A stretch of DNA of 64,000 nt from a virus, in the IMG/VR virus record IMGVR_UViG_3300005758_000578, positions 48,049-112,048 of that record; one strand, 5' to 3'. Of this stretch, positions 41,088-50,957 are shown one piece after another. Under the pieces are notes generated by a model. The model worked only from the letters and a program-made list of their open reading frames with translations, ran no database searches and was not told the DNA's origin. The position numbers and the translations under genes are program-made. Positions within the stretch are counted from its first letter, which is position 1. The number at the start of each line of letters is the position of its first letter.

Positions 41088-42446
41088 TTATTTCAATTCA
41101 GTTAAGGTAACAGGGTTACCAGCTGCAGTTAAGATAGCAGCAATATCACTAGCAAAATCAGAGGCTGCAGCACTTGCAAAAGTCAAGTTAGCAGCAGCTA
41201 CACCAGCTACAGACAAGGTAGAAGTGGTAGCAACCAATTCCAACAAGTACTGATCATTATCAAAAGTACCAGTAGGGTTGTTGAAACGAGGTACACTGTG
41301 CTGTACATAGAAGCGACCATAAGTACCAGTACGGCTAATTACACTCAAAGGAGCATTACCCAAAGTGATTTCACGGATACGTGGATCATCATTCCAGTTG
41401 TTTTGACGGTAGCGCTCAGACAAGATCAAGTCACGTACTACAGTTTCTCCAAAGCCTTCACCTTGAATACCCAATACAGGACCTAAACCAGCAGTAGCAG
41501 GATCATTGTCAGCACCAGTACCACGCTTAACGCACAATCCAGTAAATACGCAAGGATCACCAGTTTCATCTACTTCAGAAGCATAAATCTGAATAGGCTC
41601 TTTTTCAAAGTAATCAGTAGGCTCAAAAGAACAATCTCCAAAACGGGTATCAACATAAGCACCAGCCAAAATCAAACCAGCACATACATCAGCAGCAGCA
41701 ACACCAACAGGAGTTACATAAGTATCCCAGTCAGAAGTAGCAATAACAGAACCATTGATAGTTACGTTACCACCATCTTTACTCCAGTAAGTCCAAGTAA
41801 CAGTACTAGGATCATAAGTTTGTACTACAGGTAATACAAAAGGAGAGAGGATAGGGTTAGCATCATTGTAAGGAGTGGTTTGAGTACCAGCAATTTGCTT
41901 AGCCCAACCAATCATTACAAATGCAGGATCTACTTCATTAGGAGTAGTAGTAGAGCAGCAGCCAGTGTAGTAAGACAATACTTGGTAAGCATTGTGATTC
42001 AAGAAACGCAAAGCTGGGCTACCTTTAATATCAATACGCAAATAGTAGGTCTCACCACACAAGAAGTTAGGGCAAGCACAGCTATAAGGAGCAGCTTTAG
42101 TAGTAGCAGTCTGACCTACGTAAGTAACTGCTTGGCTAGCAGTTTTAGGAGCAGAATAGAAGAATCCGCTAACATACTTAGGGTTGATAGCCTTTGACTT
42201 CATACTTTCAGAGAAACCACCAATGAAGGGGCTAATCTTGTCAGTACCAGGAGTTAAGCTAGAACTAGCAATAATGAAAGGGCTAGAAGTTCCAGCACCT
42301 GCCAAGTTAGCAAAGCTTTTAGCATCATACAAACCAAATTTACCTAAGTTAGCTGATCCAACTAACTGGCTGTTGGTAGTTCCAGCAGCGGTCTGATAAA
42401 TACCGATTGTTGGAAATACCTTTTTGAAGGCGTGATTAAAATACAT
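41088..42446 (-). CDS. Putative auxiliary capsid protein (452 aa)
   Basis: Highly biased codon usage like the MCP; own promoter and terminator; C-terminal GEGFGETV.R...Y..FYVQH; synteny with the crAss-like auxiliary capsid gene. Confidence 0.55.
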   Translation of the reverse strand: MYFNHAFKKVFPTIGIYQTAAGTTNSQLVGSANLGKFGLYDAKSFANLAGAGTSSPFIIASSSLTPGTDKISPFIGGFSESMKSKAINPKYVSGFFYSAPKTASQAVTYVGQTATTKAAPYSCACPNFLCGETYYLRIDIKGSPALRFLNHNAYQVLSYYTGCCSTTTPNEVDPAFVMIGWAKQIAGTQTTPYNDANPILSPFVLPVVQTYDPSTVTWTYWSKDGGNVTINGSVIATSDWDTYVTPVGVAAADVCAGLILAGAYVDTRFGDCSFEPTDYFEKEPIQIYASEVDETGDPCVFTGLCVKRGTGADNDPATAGLGPVLGIQGEGFGETVVRDLILSERYRQNNWNDDPRIREITLGNAPLSVISRTGTYGRFYVQHSVPRFNNPTGTFDNDQYLLELVATTSTLSVAGVAAANLTFASAAASDFASDIAAILTAAGNPVTLTELK

Positions 42447-42506
42447 AATTTTTATTTTTTATTGTTATACAAATAGATACACTAATATTATAGTGAATTT
42501 TTTTTA

Positions 42507-42935
42507 TTATTGCAAGAAAATTAATTTATACTTAGCAGAATTGATATCTGACTTAATAGTATCTAAGTCATTAACAATTTCTGAGTAAGGCATAATCTTC
42601 TGTAAACTATTTACTTTATTATACAATGAACGTAAATAAACTACAGCTTCATCTGCGGTCTTAATAGCTGGCAAACTTACTTCAGGGTAGTTAAGTAGTT
42701 TTTCTGCAGCACCCTGATATGCTTCTGCAATAGTGTCAGCATGACCAGGTAATGCATCATAAATTTCATTAAGAGCTTTGTGAGCTGCGTAAGAACCAAC
42801 ACCAGTAACTAACAAGTGTGCAATATGTAACTTAGTTCCAGCATGCATCATCTCAACAACTAAATCAGCTGTTGCTTTATCTACATTGTTATTGCTAGAA
42901 CCAGGAAATCCGGGACGTTGTAATTTTTGTATCAT
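42507..42935 (-). CDS. Dps/ferritin-like protein
   Basis: HIAHLLVTG..SYAAHKALNEIYD...ADTIAE resembles the Dps HW.V.G..F..LH...E.Y....D..AE ferroxidase signature. Confidence 0.7.
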   Translation of the reverse strand: MIQKLQRPGFPGSSNNNVDKATADLVVEMMHAGTKLHIAHLLVTGVGSYAAHKALNEIYDALPGHADTIAEAYQGAAEKLLNYPEVSLPAIKTADEAVVYLRSLYNKVNSLQKIMPYSEIVNDLDTIKSDINSAKYKLIFLQ

Positions 42936-42940
42936 TTTAA

Positions 42941-43642
42941 TTAATTATTTCTATCAGCATTTTGAGAACCACGGGCAAACTGATTTACAGACTCAATATC
43001 TCCAGCAAGAATACTTACTGCTTCATCAATAATTAATTCTGTAATATCATCTTTAAACTCGCAAGTAACATCACTAAGAGAGAGATTACCAGTATAGGGA
43101 TCTATACTATTAGCAATCTGAATATATCTAGGTTTTCTGTAATAGGTAAGAGTAGCATTTACTACATCAAAATCTCCAGCTGTATAAATCCGGATTTTAT
43201 TACCCATAATAGTACAGAAAGTTTCACCCCACTCATAGCTAGGTTTTCTAAAATCATCATCTAATAACTCATCTACATTGGCTTCTTCTGCTAGATATAC
43301 AGTCATACTATCTGGTCCACAACATTTTGTCTTAGCAAAAGTACTAACACGTTTATATTCTAGATAGTCTGCAGGTAAGTCTGTAGTTTCATAGTACAAA
43401 GTAGTCTGGGTTCCGGACAAAGGAACTTGCAATAACAATAATTGCAAATCATCAATCCTTCTTTTAGATCCTTCATCACCTTCTCTGTACTGGTTACCAC
43501 CATGTAACTGTCTTCTAACCCACTCAATCTGAGCTTTGTTAAAAGCCTCAATAATCTGCCATACCTCTAGATTATCATAATCATTAGAGTCCAGCTTATT
43601 AAGCCTTTGCTTAACCTTTAGTTGTAGTATAGAGTTATTCAT
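42941..43642 (-). CDS. Tail ring/head-tail connector protein
   Basis: NKLDSN...FNKAQ...RRIDDLQ...LPADYL...LTYYRKP...IIDEAV pattern; synteny after the gene-75 homolog. Confidence 0.65.
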   Translation of the reverse strand: MNNSILQLKVKQRLNKLDSNDYDNLEVWQIIEAFNKAQIEWVRRQLHGGNQYREGDEGSKRRIDDLQLLLLQVPLSGTQTTLYYETTDLPADYLEYKRVSTFAKTKCCGPDSMTVYLAEEANVDELLDDDFRKPSYEWGETFCTIMGNKIRIYTAGDFDVVNATLTYYRKPRYIQIANSIDPYTGNLSLSDVTCEFKDDITELIIDEAVSILAGDIESVNQFARGSQNADRNN

Positions 43643-43649
43643 AATAGAT

Positions 43650-43676
43650 AATAAGGGGGAGTGTTAATCCCCCTTT
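43650..43676 (-). terminator. Probable terminator/attenuator
   Basis: AAGGGGGA/TCCCCCTT stem followed by ATTAT. Confidence 0.55.
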
Positions 43677-43680
43677 TAGA

Positions 43681-43824
43681 TTAACATTTCTTCTTAGTTC
43701 CAGATTTCTTAACTGTTCCACCCATTTTCATGTAACCACCCATCATAGATGATTCACGTCCAGTAGGCTTACCTTTAGGTACAGGTTTAGAGAAATTTGG
43801 TTTACTTGCTTTTTTAGTTGCCAT
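43681..43824 (-). CDS. Small basic peptide (47 aa) with MMGG/MKMGG motifs
   Basis: Not in the track; translated by hand: MATKKASKPNFSKPVPKGKPTGRESSMMGGYMKMGGTVKKSGTKKKC*. Confidence 0.7.
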   Translation of the reverse strand: MATKKASKPNFSKPVPKGKPTGRESSMMGGYMKMGGTVKKSGTKKKC

Positions 43825-43831
43825 GATATTA

Positions 43832-44842
43832 TTATTTCCAGTGTTGTTCTACTTTATTAATAATTGCATCAGCTACATCTTGATTAAGAGGGTTCTTCAA
43901 GAACTCTACAATATCACTAGATGTTTTACCTAACATTGTACTGCTAGCTAAATGATAGATGAATCCATCAGATTTAGTAACAATGTACTTGTAAGTAGCA
44001 GCATCTTTTACAATAGCCCGCAATTTTAAAGTGGTAAGATCATTCTCAGCAACAGCCAAGAATCTTTCTGCACACTTCTTCTTATCTCTATCTACACTTT
44101 CTCCGTTAATAAATTTATCCATGTTATCATAGATAATATCATTAGGTGTAGATTTCTTATACTGTGCACTATCAATATCAATGATCTTAGCAACATAGAA
44201 CAACTTAGTTTGATTCTTATCAAACATCTTCTGTAATTCAGAAAGAGCTTTGTTCCTAGTTTTCTTAGTCTCTGTTTTGATAGTAACAGTTTCTTCCATC
44301 TTATCTAAAAAGAACTTAGGAGGTTTAGGCATTTTTCTAGCTTCATCATATGACTTAGCTACAATACTAAATCCACCTGCTTCAATTGCATAAAGCTTAA
44401 TAAGATCATAAGGATCTGTAGCTGGATCTAAATAAAGAGGATCATTACCAACTCTAATTACAATCTTACTCCAGAACTCATCATTATCCGGCTTTAACAA
44501 TTTAATCTTATTCCAGAACTCAGGATCTTCAGGATTAACAACATTAGCTGCTAATTCTTTTTCTAGTTGTGAAACAACTTTTCTAATTTCTTTAATCTTA
44601 CTCTCTCTTTCATCATCTGGTAAGAATTTTACTTCAGGAGCAAATTCATTTAATCCGGTTAAATAACGCTTAATCCCGTTAATCTCCAGACATGCTAACT
44701 GTTCTTCATGGAATACACCATCAAAAAGAGAGAGACCATAAGACTCTAATCCCATGTTACTCACATTAGGATCAAAGTAAGATTTAATACTCAAGGTACC
44801 TTTTTTGTTTTGAGGATACCTGTCTACAATTGTTACACTCAT
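43832..44842 (-). CDS. Conserved crAss-like protein downstream of MCP (gene-75-like)
   Basis: YLTGL...FW...LYLD...P.DLIK pattern; synteny. Confidence 0.55.
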   Translation of the reverse strand: MSVTIVDRYPQNKKGTLSIKSYFDPNVSNMGLESYGLSLFDGVFHEEQLACLEINGIKRYLTGLNEFAPEVKFLPDDERESKIKEIRKVVSQLEKELAANVVNPEDPEFWNKIKLLKPDNDEFWSKIVIRVGNDPLYLDPATDPYDLIKLYAIEAGGFSIVAKSYDEARKMPKPPKFFLDKMEETVTIKTETKKTRNKALSELQKMFDKNQTKLFYVAKIIDIDSAQYKKSTPNDIIYDNMDKFINGESVDRDKKKCAERFLAVAENDLTTLKLRAIVKDAATYKYIVTKSDGFIYHLASSTMLGKTSSDIVEFLKNPLNQDVADAIINKVEQHWK

Positions 44843-44992
44843 TGGTTTATATATTATTTGGTTGGTTTAATATTCAAATATATTGGAACCTAGTAAGAGT
44901 TACAAGCTCTATTCTCAGATGTATCACTAGGTTATACAGTATTAATTTACTATATTTTTATCAGATTTAATAATTTATTAAATTTTTAATGT

Positions 44993-47203
44993 TTAAACTA
45001 GTCCTCCGTCTGTAATTACCCAACCTAAATCATTAATTAATCCATCTCTACTAGACTCACCAGCTAATGTATATTGTACATCTGTTTCAAAAGTAGCAGA
45101 TGGAAAATTACTATCAGTCATATAACTAGCATACCAGTTATTATAAATGTTATCTAAATTAGCAGGACTAAGTGATGTATTATAAATAAAATTATAAGCA
45201 TTTAAATTTCCACTCCAAGCATATCGTCCAGGAACAAGATTACTTAAATCTTGATTAAATGCCATAGTAGTAGTATCTGAATAAAACATTTCAGAAATAT
45301 CTTCAACATAAGGTAATGTCCAGTTATTTAATGGTTGATTGAATGATATAGCGTTATAAAACATGTTATACATATAAGCAGCATTAGATACATCCCAAGT
45401 ATTTAATGGTTGGTTAAACGATGTACAATTAGCAAACATACCTGAATAATCACTTAAATTATAAGGAGTCCAATTATTTATGTCTGGACTTCCTCCATTA
45501 TTAAATGATATAGCTCCATAAAACATATATGATGGTTCTATATTAAAATTATTATAAATATTAGTAACATTAGATATATCCCAACTTCCTATATTTTGGT
45601 TAAATGAAGATGCTGCCATAAACATTTTAGCCATGTTTGTAACAGCACTTGTATCCCATAAATTTAAAGGTTGGTTGAATGCCGATGCACCATTAAACAT
45701 TTCTCGCATTGTAGTAACAACTAATGTATTCCAAGTATTAATATTTTGATTAAATGCTGCTGCATTACGAAAAGTACTTTCCATATTCCATACTTTACTT
45801 ACATTCCAGTTATCTAATGGTTGGTTAAATACTAAAGCTCCATCAAATGTATATAATAAATTAACTAATGCTGTAGTAGTCCAAGTATTAATGTTTTGGT
45901 TAAATGCTGTTGCGTTCTGAAACATACCAGCAAAAGTTATTACTTTAGATACATTCCAATTACCAATTGGTTGATTAAAAGATGTAGTATCTTTAAATAC
46001 AGCCTGCATATCAGTAACATTTGAAGTATCCCAAGTATTTAATGGTTGGTTAAATAATGTTGCCCCAGAAAACATTTGAAGCATAGAACTTATTTTACTA
46101 GTATTCCAGTTACTGATATCCTGATTAAATGCTTTTGCATTTCTAAACATACTAGTCATATACTGTACATTACTAGTATTCCAATTGTTTAATGGTTGAT
46201 TAAACACAGTACAACCATCAAACATAGAAGATAAGTTGGTATTAAGACTAGTATTCCAAGAGTTTAAGGGTTGATTAAATAATTGACAGTTAACAAACAT
46301 CTGACTCATATTGGTAACTTTAGATGTATTCCAGTTGTCTAATGGTTGGTTAAATTGAAGACATCCACTAAACATCTGTCCCATGAAAGTAACAGATGAA
46401 GTATCCCAATTATTTATATCTGAACTACCTCCGTTGTTAAAAGATCTATTAAATTGGAACATACCACCCATATTAGTTACTTTAGAAGTATCCCATCCTC
46501 CAATATTCTGATTAAATACCATATATGGTGTAGTATTTGGGAATTTTCTAAACATATTATTCATACTAGTAACTTTAGATGTATTCCACATACCAATTGG
46601 TTGATTAAATGATGTCGCAGCCTGAAACATACCATTCATATTAGTTACATTACCTGTATCCCAATTATCTAAAGGTTGGTTAAATGCAGCAGCTGCATTA
46701 AATAAACCAGACATGCTGGTTACTTTAGATACATCCCAGTGATTAATATTAGAGTTAAATACTGTACATCCATTAAAACCACTACTTATATCTGTAGTAC
46801 TTATAATAGGTGCATCTATAGCAGATATTTGTAAATTATTGCAACCTCTAAAAAATGAATTTATACTTAGTATAAAACTATTTCCAAACTGAGAAATATT
46901 TGTAATCTTACTTCTATCACCAGTGTTACCTTGATACCAACCTTTACATAATCCTAAAATAACAATATTATATATCCCGGTTGATGAATAAGTATGAGTA
47001 GTAGCAGGATCATTCCAAGTAGTTATAACACTACTAGTACCATCGCCCCAATCTACAGTCATATTATATGTACCCTCAAAAAGTAATGGTAATTTATATT
47101 GTAGATTAGTAGTACTTCCTGCACTAATATTAGCAGTATTAACTGTGAATCTGAAACCTTGAGGTACAGAAACCCCTTCTAAAAAATTTAATGGTGTTAA
47201 CAT
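44993..47203 (-). CDS. PKD + DUF285/BspA-like repeat protein
   Basis: VDWGDG..THTY PKD domain; ~25-aa repeats FNQPL.NW.TS.VT.M..MF. Confidence 0.85.
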   Translation of the reverse strand: MLTPLNFLEGVSVPQGFRFTVNTANISAGSTTNLQYKLPLLFEGTYNMTVDWGDGTSSVITTWNDPATTHTYSSTGIYNIVILGLCKGWYQGNTGDRSKITNISQFGNSFILSINSFFRGCNNLQISAIDAPIISTTDISSGFNGCTVFNSNINHWDVSKVTSMSGLFNAAAAFNQPLDNWDTGNVTNMNGMFQAATSFNQPIGMWNTSKVTSMNNMFRKFPNTTPYMVFNQNIGGWDTSKVTNMGGMFQFNRSFNNGGSSDINNWDTSSVTFMGQMFSGCLQFNQPLDNWNTSKVTNMSQMFVNCQLFNQPLNSWNTSLNTNLSSMFDGCTVFNQPLNNWNTSNVQYMTSMFRNAKAFNQDISNWNTSKISSMLQMFSGATLFNQPLNTWDTSNVTDMQAVFKDTTSFNQPIGNWNVSKVITFAGMFQNATAFNQNINTWTTTALVNLLYTFDGALVFNQPLDNWNVSKVWNMESTFRNAAAFNQNINTWNTLVVTTMREMFNGASAFNQPLNLWDTSAVTNMAKMFMAASSFNQNIGSWDISNVTNIYNNFNIEPSYMFYGAISFNNGGSPDINNWTPYNLSDYSGMFANCTSFNQPLNTWDVSNAAYMYNMFYNAISFNQPLNNWTLPYVEDISEMFYSDTTTMAFNQDLSNLVPGRYAWSGNLNAYNFIYNTSLSPANLDNIYNNWYASYMTDSNFPSATFETDVQYTLAGESSRDGLINDLGWVITDGGLV

Positions 47204-47222
47204 CTTATTTATTATTTATTTA

Positions 47223-49892
47223 TTAAGCTAGACCTCCGTCTGTAATAGTCCAGCCAAATGTATTAACTAATTCATCACGAGAAGTTTGAGCAGCAACTGT
47301 ATATTTTGCAGTACCAAAACTAACTTCTAAATTATATGGTAGATTACCTCCATTATTTGCCCAACCATTAAGCAATGCATCATAAGTTGTGGGAGGATAT
47401 GTAACTGGAGTTTTATCACCCATAAATCCTGTTGCTGAATACGGAGAAAACATATTATAAAATATCCAATTTTGCAAAGATTGATTAAATGCAGTACAAC
47501 CATAAAACATATCATTCATTGATGGAATGTCAAACACTGCTGAATCATTAATATCAGGACTTTCACCATTATTAAAAATAGTACATCCATAAAATAAACC
47601 ATCAACAAGACCAGATGAAAAATTAATTTGTCCAACATTCTGATTAAAAGAAGTACATCCCTTAAACATATACTGCGCATCACCATAAATCTCAAGAGGA
47701 TTCAAAGGTTGTCCACCATTATTAAAGGATATACAACCATCAAACATATAATTAGCAGGACTACCTAATAATCCAGATGCATTAATAATACCATTTATAT
47801 TTTGATTAAATGATACACATCCTGCAAACATTGAACTAGTATCCTTACCAGGATAACTAAATATATCATTTAAAGGCATTGGTTGTCCGCCATTATTGAA
47901 TGCTGTTGCATTAAGAAACATAGAATTGGTATCAACACAATAAAGGGCATTCCAAGTACTTATATCTTGATTAAAAGAAGTAGCTCCAGCAAACATTCTA
48001 GATGTTGCACTAAGACTACTAGGTAAAATCCAGTTACCTATTGGTTGATTGAATGATGTAGCATTTTCAAACATACTAGAAAATGTTGTAGGACCACCAT
48101 ATCCCGAAAAATTCCAATTATTAATATTTGGACTATTACCATTATTAAAAGATGTTGCATTAAGAAACATTCCTTCTATAGAAAATCCATATGTAGAATG
48201 ACCAGCAAATTTCCAACTTTCTATATTTTGATTAAATGCTGTTGCATCTTTAAACATTTCTTGAGCATTCCATAACGGAGTAATAGAAAATAAATTATTT
48301 ATGGGTTGATTAAATACCGCTGCTCTTTCAAACATTAAATCAGCTATTACAGGACTTGTACCAGTTAATTGCCAATTATTTATATCTGGACTTCCACCAT
48401 TATTAAATAATTCAGCTACACTAAACATTTTAGATAAACTAGTTAAATTTGTACTAAATAAAAAGCTACCAATATTCTGATTAAATTTCCTAGCAATACT
48501 AAACATAAAACTGGCATCTTTAATTCTAATAGTCCAAGTTAAAGGTTGTCCTCCATTATTAAACTTATCACACCAATAAAACATAAAACTACAATCAACC
48601 CCTTGAGTTGGTAATTGTGGAATAAATGTCCAACTACTTAAATTCTGATCAAATTCTCTACAATTATAAAACAACCTACTCATGTTAGTAATAGTACTAC
48701 CAATAGTCCAATTATTTAATGTATTATTAAAAATAAATGAGCTTTCAAACATACCAGTCATATCTGTAATAGCAGTTAAATTCCAGTTATTAATTGGGGC
48801 ATTAACCTCACAATATTTAAACATACCAGCTGTAGTAGTTACTTTAGATACATTCCAACCAGTAAGTGATTGATTAAATATCATAAATTTTCCAGAACCA
48901 TAATATGAATTATAGAACATATTACTTAAATTAGTAACATTACTTGTATTCCAGTTATTAATTGGTTGGTTAAATGATACTGCACCAGCAAACATGTATG
49001 ACATAGTGGTAACACTACTAGTGTTCCAAGAATTTAAAGGCTTATTAAAAGAATCTGCAGAAGCAAACATACTCAACATAGTAGTTACTTTAGATACATC
49101 CCAGTTTCCAATAGGTTGGTTAAATAATAATGCACCTCTAAACATAGTAGACATATTTATTACTTTACCAGTATTCCAGTTATTAATATTAGCACTACCT
49201 CCATTATTAAATTTACAATATTGAAACATTCCACTCATAGTAGTTACGTTAGATGTATTCCAATTACTAATATCTTGATTAAAATCATTACTAGTTGATA
49301 CACTAAATCCGGCAAACATTGAACTCATATTAGTTACTTTAGATACATTCCAACTTCCAATTGGTTGATTAAATCTGTATGCCTGTAGAAACATACCAGA
49401 CATATTAGTAACACCGCTAACATCCCATTTATTAGCCTTTGGAAATGTAGCATATATACATGCTCTAAACATGTTTGTAGCATTAGCTGTTGCAATATCT
49501 AATTTATCTGAAGCAACAGTATACATATTATTACAACCATTAAAAGCAGCATCAGTAGTAATTTTTAGACATCCCCATCTAGAAACTAGTATAATTTTAC
49601 TTCTGTCACCGGTATTGTTTTGTCTCCAACCATCACAAACACCAGTAATTTCAACTTCATATATACCCACTGCAGGATATGTATGAGTAGTTGCAACATC
49701 ATTCCAAGTTGTTATAGTGCTAGTAGTACCGTCTCCCCAATCTACAAGCATGTTATAAACACCAGTGCTTATTAATGGTAACTTGTATTGAATATTTGTA
49801 CTTGATCCGGAACTAACGTTAGCCGTATTAACTTTAAATTGAAAACTCTGTTTTACAGAATTACCTTTTAGAAAATTTAATGGTATTAACAT
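47223..49892 (-). CDS. PKD + DUF285/BspA-like repeat protein (paralog)
   Basis: Same architecture; shared ML.PLNFL start and GW.ITDGGL end. Confidence 0.85.
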   Translation of the reverse strand: MLIPLNFLKGNSVKQSFQFKVNTANVSSGSSTNIQYKLPLISTGVYNMLVDWGDGTTSTITTWNDVATTHTYPAVGIYEVEITGVCDGWRQNNTGDRSKIILVSRWGCLKITTDAAFNGCNNMYTVASDKLDIATANATNMFRACIYATFPKANKWDVSGVTNMSGMFLQAYRFNQPIGSWNVSKVTNMSSMFAGFSVSTSNDFNQDISNWNTSNVTTMSGMFQYCKFNNGGSANINNWNTGKVINMSTMFRGALLFNQPIGNWDVSKVTTMLSMFASADSFNKPLNSWNTSSVTTMSYMFAGAVSFNQPINNWNTSNVTNLSNMFYNSYYGSGKFMIFNQSLTGWNVSKVTTTAGMFKYCEVNAPINNWNLTAITDMTGMFESSFIFNNTLNNWTIGSTITNMSRLFYNCREFDQNLSSWTFIPQLPTQGVDCSFMFYWCDKFNNGGQPLTWTIRIKDASFMFSIARKFNQNIGSFLFSTNLTSLSKMFSVAELFNNGGSPDINNWQLTGTSPVIADLMFERAAVFNQPINNLFSITPLWNAQEMFKDATAFNQNIESWKFAGHSTYGFSIEGMFLNATSFNNGNSPNINNWNFSGYGGPTTFSSMFENATSFNQPIGNWILPSSLSATSRMFAGATSFNQDISTWNALYCVDTNSMFLNATAFNNGGQPMPLNDIFSYPGKDTSSMFAGCVSFNQNINGIINASGLLGSPANYMFDGCISFNNGGQPLNPLEIYGDAQYMFKGCTSFNQNVGQINFSSGLVDGLFYGCTIFNNGESPDINDSAVFDIPSMNDMFYGCTAFNQSLQNWIFYNMFSPYSATGFMGDKTPVTYPPTTYDALLNGWANNGGNLPYNLEVSFGTAKYTVAAQTSRDELVNTFGWTITDGGLA

Positions 49893-50025
49893 GTTATCTT
49901 TATTTTTAATTTATTATAAAAAAATACTACTCTTTATTACTAAAAAGTAGTATTAATTTTAAATACAAAATCATCTACTAGACTTACCGGTGTGTATAAA
50001 AAACTAACTGGTAATAGCATGATGA

Positions 50026-50397
50026 TTATGGATTATCTACGGGAAATACTTGAAATTTTTGAGATTTTGCTAGGATGTTAGGGAAGTTTCCAAGAATGTA
50101 CCAGAATTCAGGTTTTTGATTAGAAGCATGTTTTACTTCTACAGTAGTATTTTTATACTTAGCTTCAACTTGCTTTTTAAAAGCTAATGCACGTTCTTCA
50201 GTCATAAACTTATAACCTTCTACAACGTAATACTTTTTTAATTCTTGTAACCAATCTTCTTCAATAGTAGTTTGATACAGATTTCCGCATCCTCCACTCA
50301 TTGTTTGTTCGGGTTCAACTTTACCCCAGCTTGCTTTTTTGTCATCACCGTAACAAATAAAGTACGTAGTTTTTTCAGGAAAATGAATAGTAACCAT
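50026..50397 (-). CDS. Hypothetical protein
   Basis: 123-aa ORF in the inserted block. Confidence 0.5.
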   Translation of the reverse strand: MVTIHFPEKTTYFICYGDDKKASWGKVEPEQTMSGGCGNLYQTTIEEDWLQELKKYYVVEGYKFMTEERALAFKKQVEAKYKNTTVEVKHASNQKPEFWYILGNFPNILAKSQKFQVFPVDNP

Positions 50398-50458
50398 AAA
50401 ATAAAAGATTAGTTTTTACTATTGCTAGTAAAAATGTAAGTTATTAATAAGTAATTAA

Positions 50459-50884
50459 TTAGAAGAAGTTTAAAGTGTAAACTCCGTAGAAATTGGTTCC
50501 ATCATAAACCAAAGTAATCACATCTACAACACCGTAACCAACGCTCAATGTAGGTGCAATACCACCACTCCATTTAACAGTTGCAGGCCAAGTTACAGAT
50601 AAACCAGTACCATCACCTTGAATCAATTTCAAGATATAAGCACCAGCTTCAGCATTACTAAAAGTCAATAAGGTATCTGCCTGAAGTGTAAGACTAACAA
50701 TGTTACCATTTGAGAAATCAACCAAAGTCTCTACAGCTGAGGTAGAAATGTTTTGATTAGCATTTGCAATACCATTGATGTAATCTACAATGTTATTCAA
50801 ATGGCCAAATTTGGCAACCGTCATATCTGCATCATTGAAGATTTCAGTATCAGGAGAAGTGGGGTAAAATTTCTGCATGCTCAT
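50459..50884 (-). CDS. Putative head fibre/decoration protein
   Basis: Directly after the MCP; C-terminal LIQG..G...VTWPA.VKW.GG..PTLS...DVI fibre domain; N-terminus shared with 32331..33737. Confidence 0.55.
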   Translation of the reverse strand: MSMQKFYPTSPDTEIFNDADMTVAKFGHLNNIVDYINGIANANQNISTSAVETLVDFSNGNIVSLTLQADTLLTFSNAEAGAYILKLIQGDGTGLSVTWPATVKWSGGIAPTLSVGYGVVDVITLVYDGTNFYGVYTLNFF

Positions 50885-50957
50885 TTTATGTATATTTTAA
50901 ATTTTTTATAATTAGAACCTGGTGGAAGTTACGAGCCTCCACCAGGTTGAACTGTTA

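Noticed and set aside
44993-49892. CRISPR array or DGR target
   Set aside because: The repeats are degenerate in-frame protein repeats; no spacers, reverse transcriptase or adenine-specific TR/VR pair seen.
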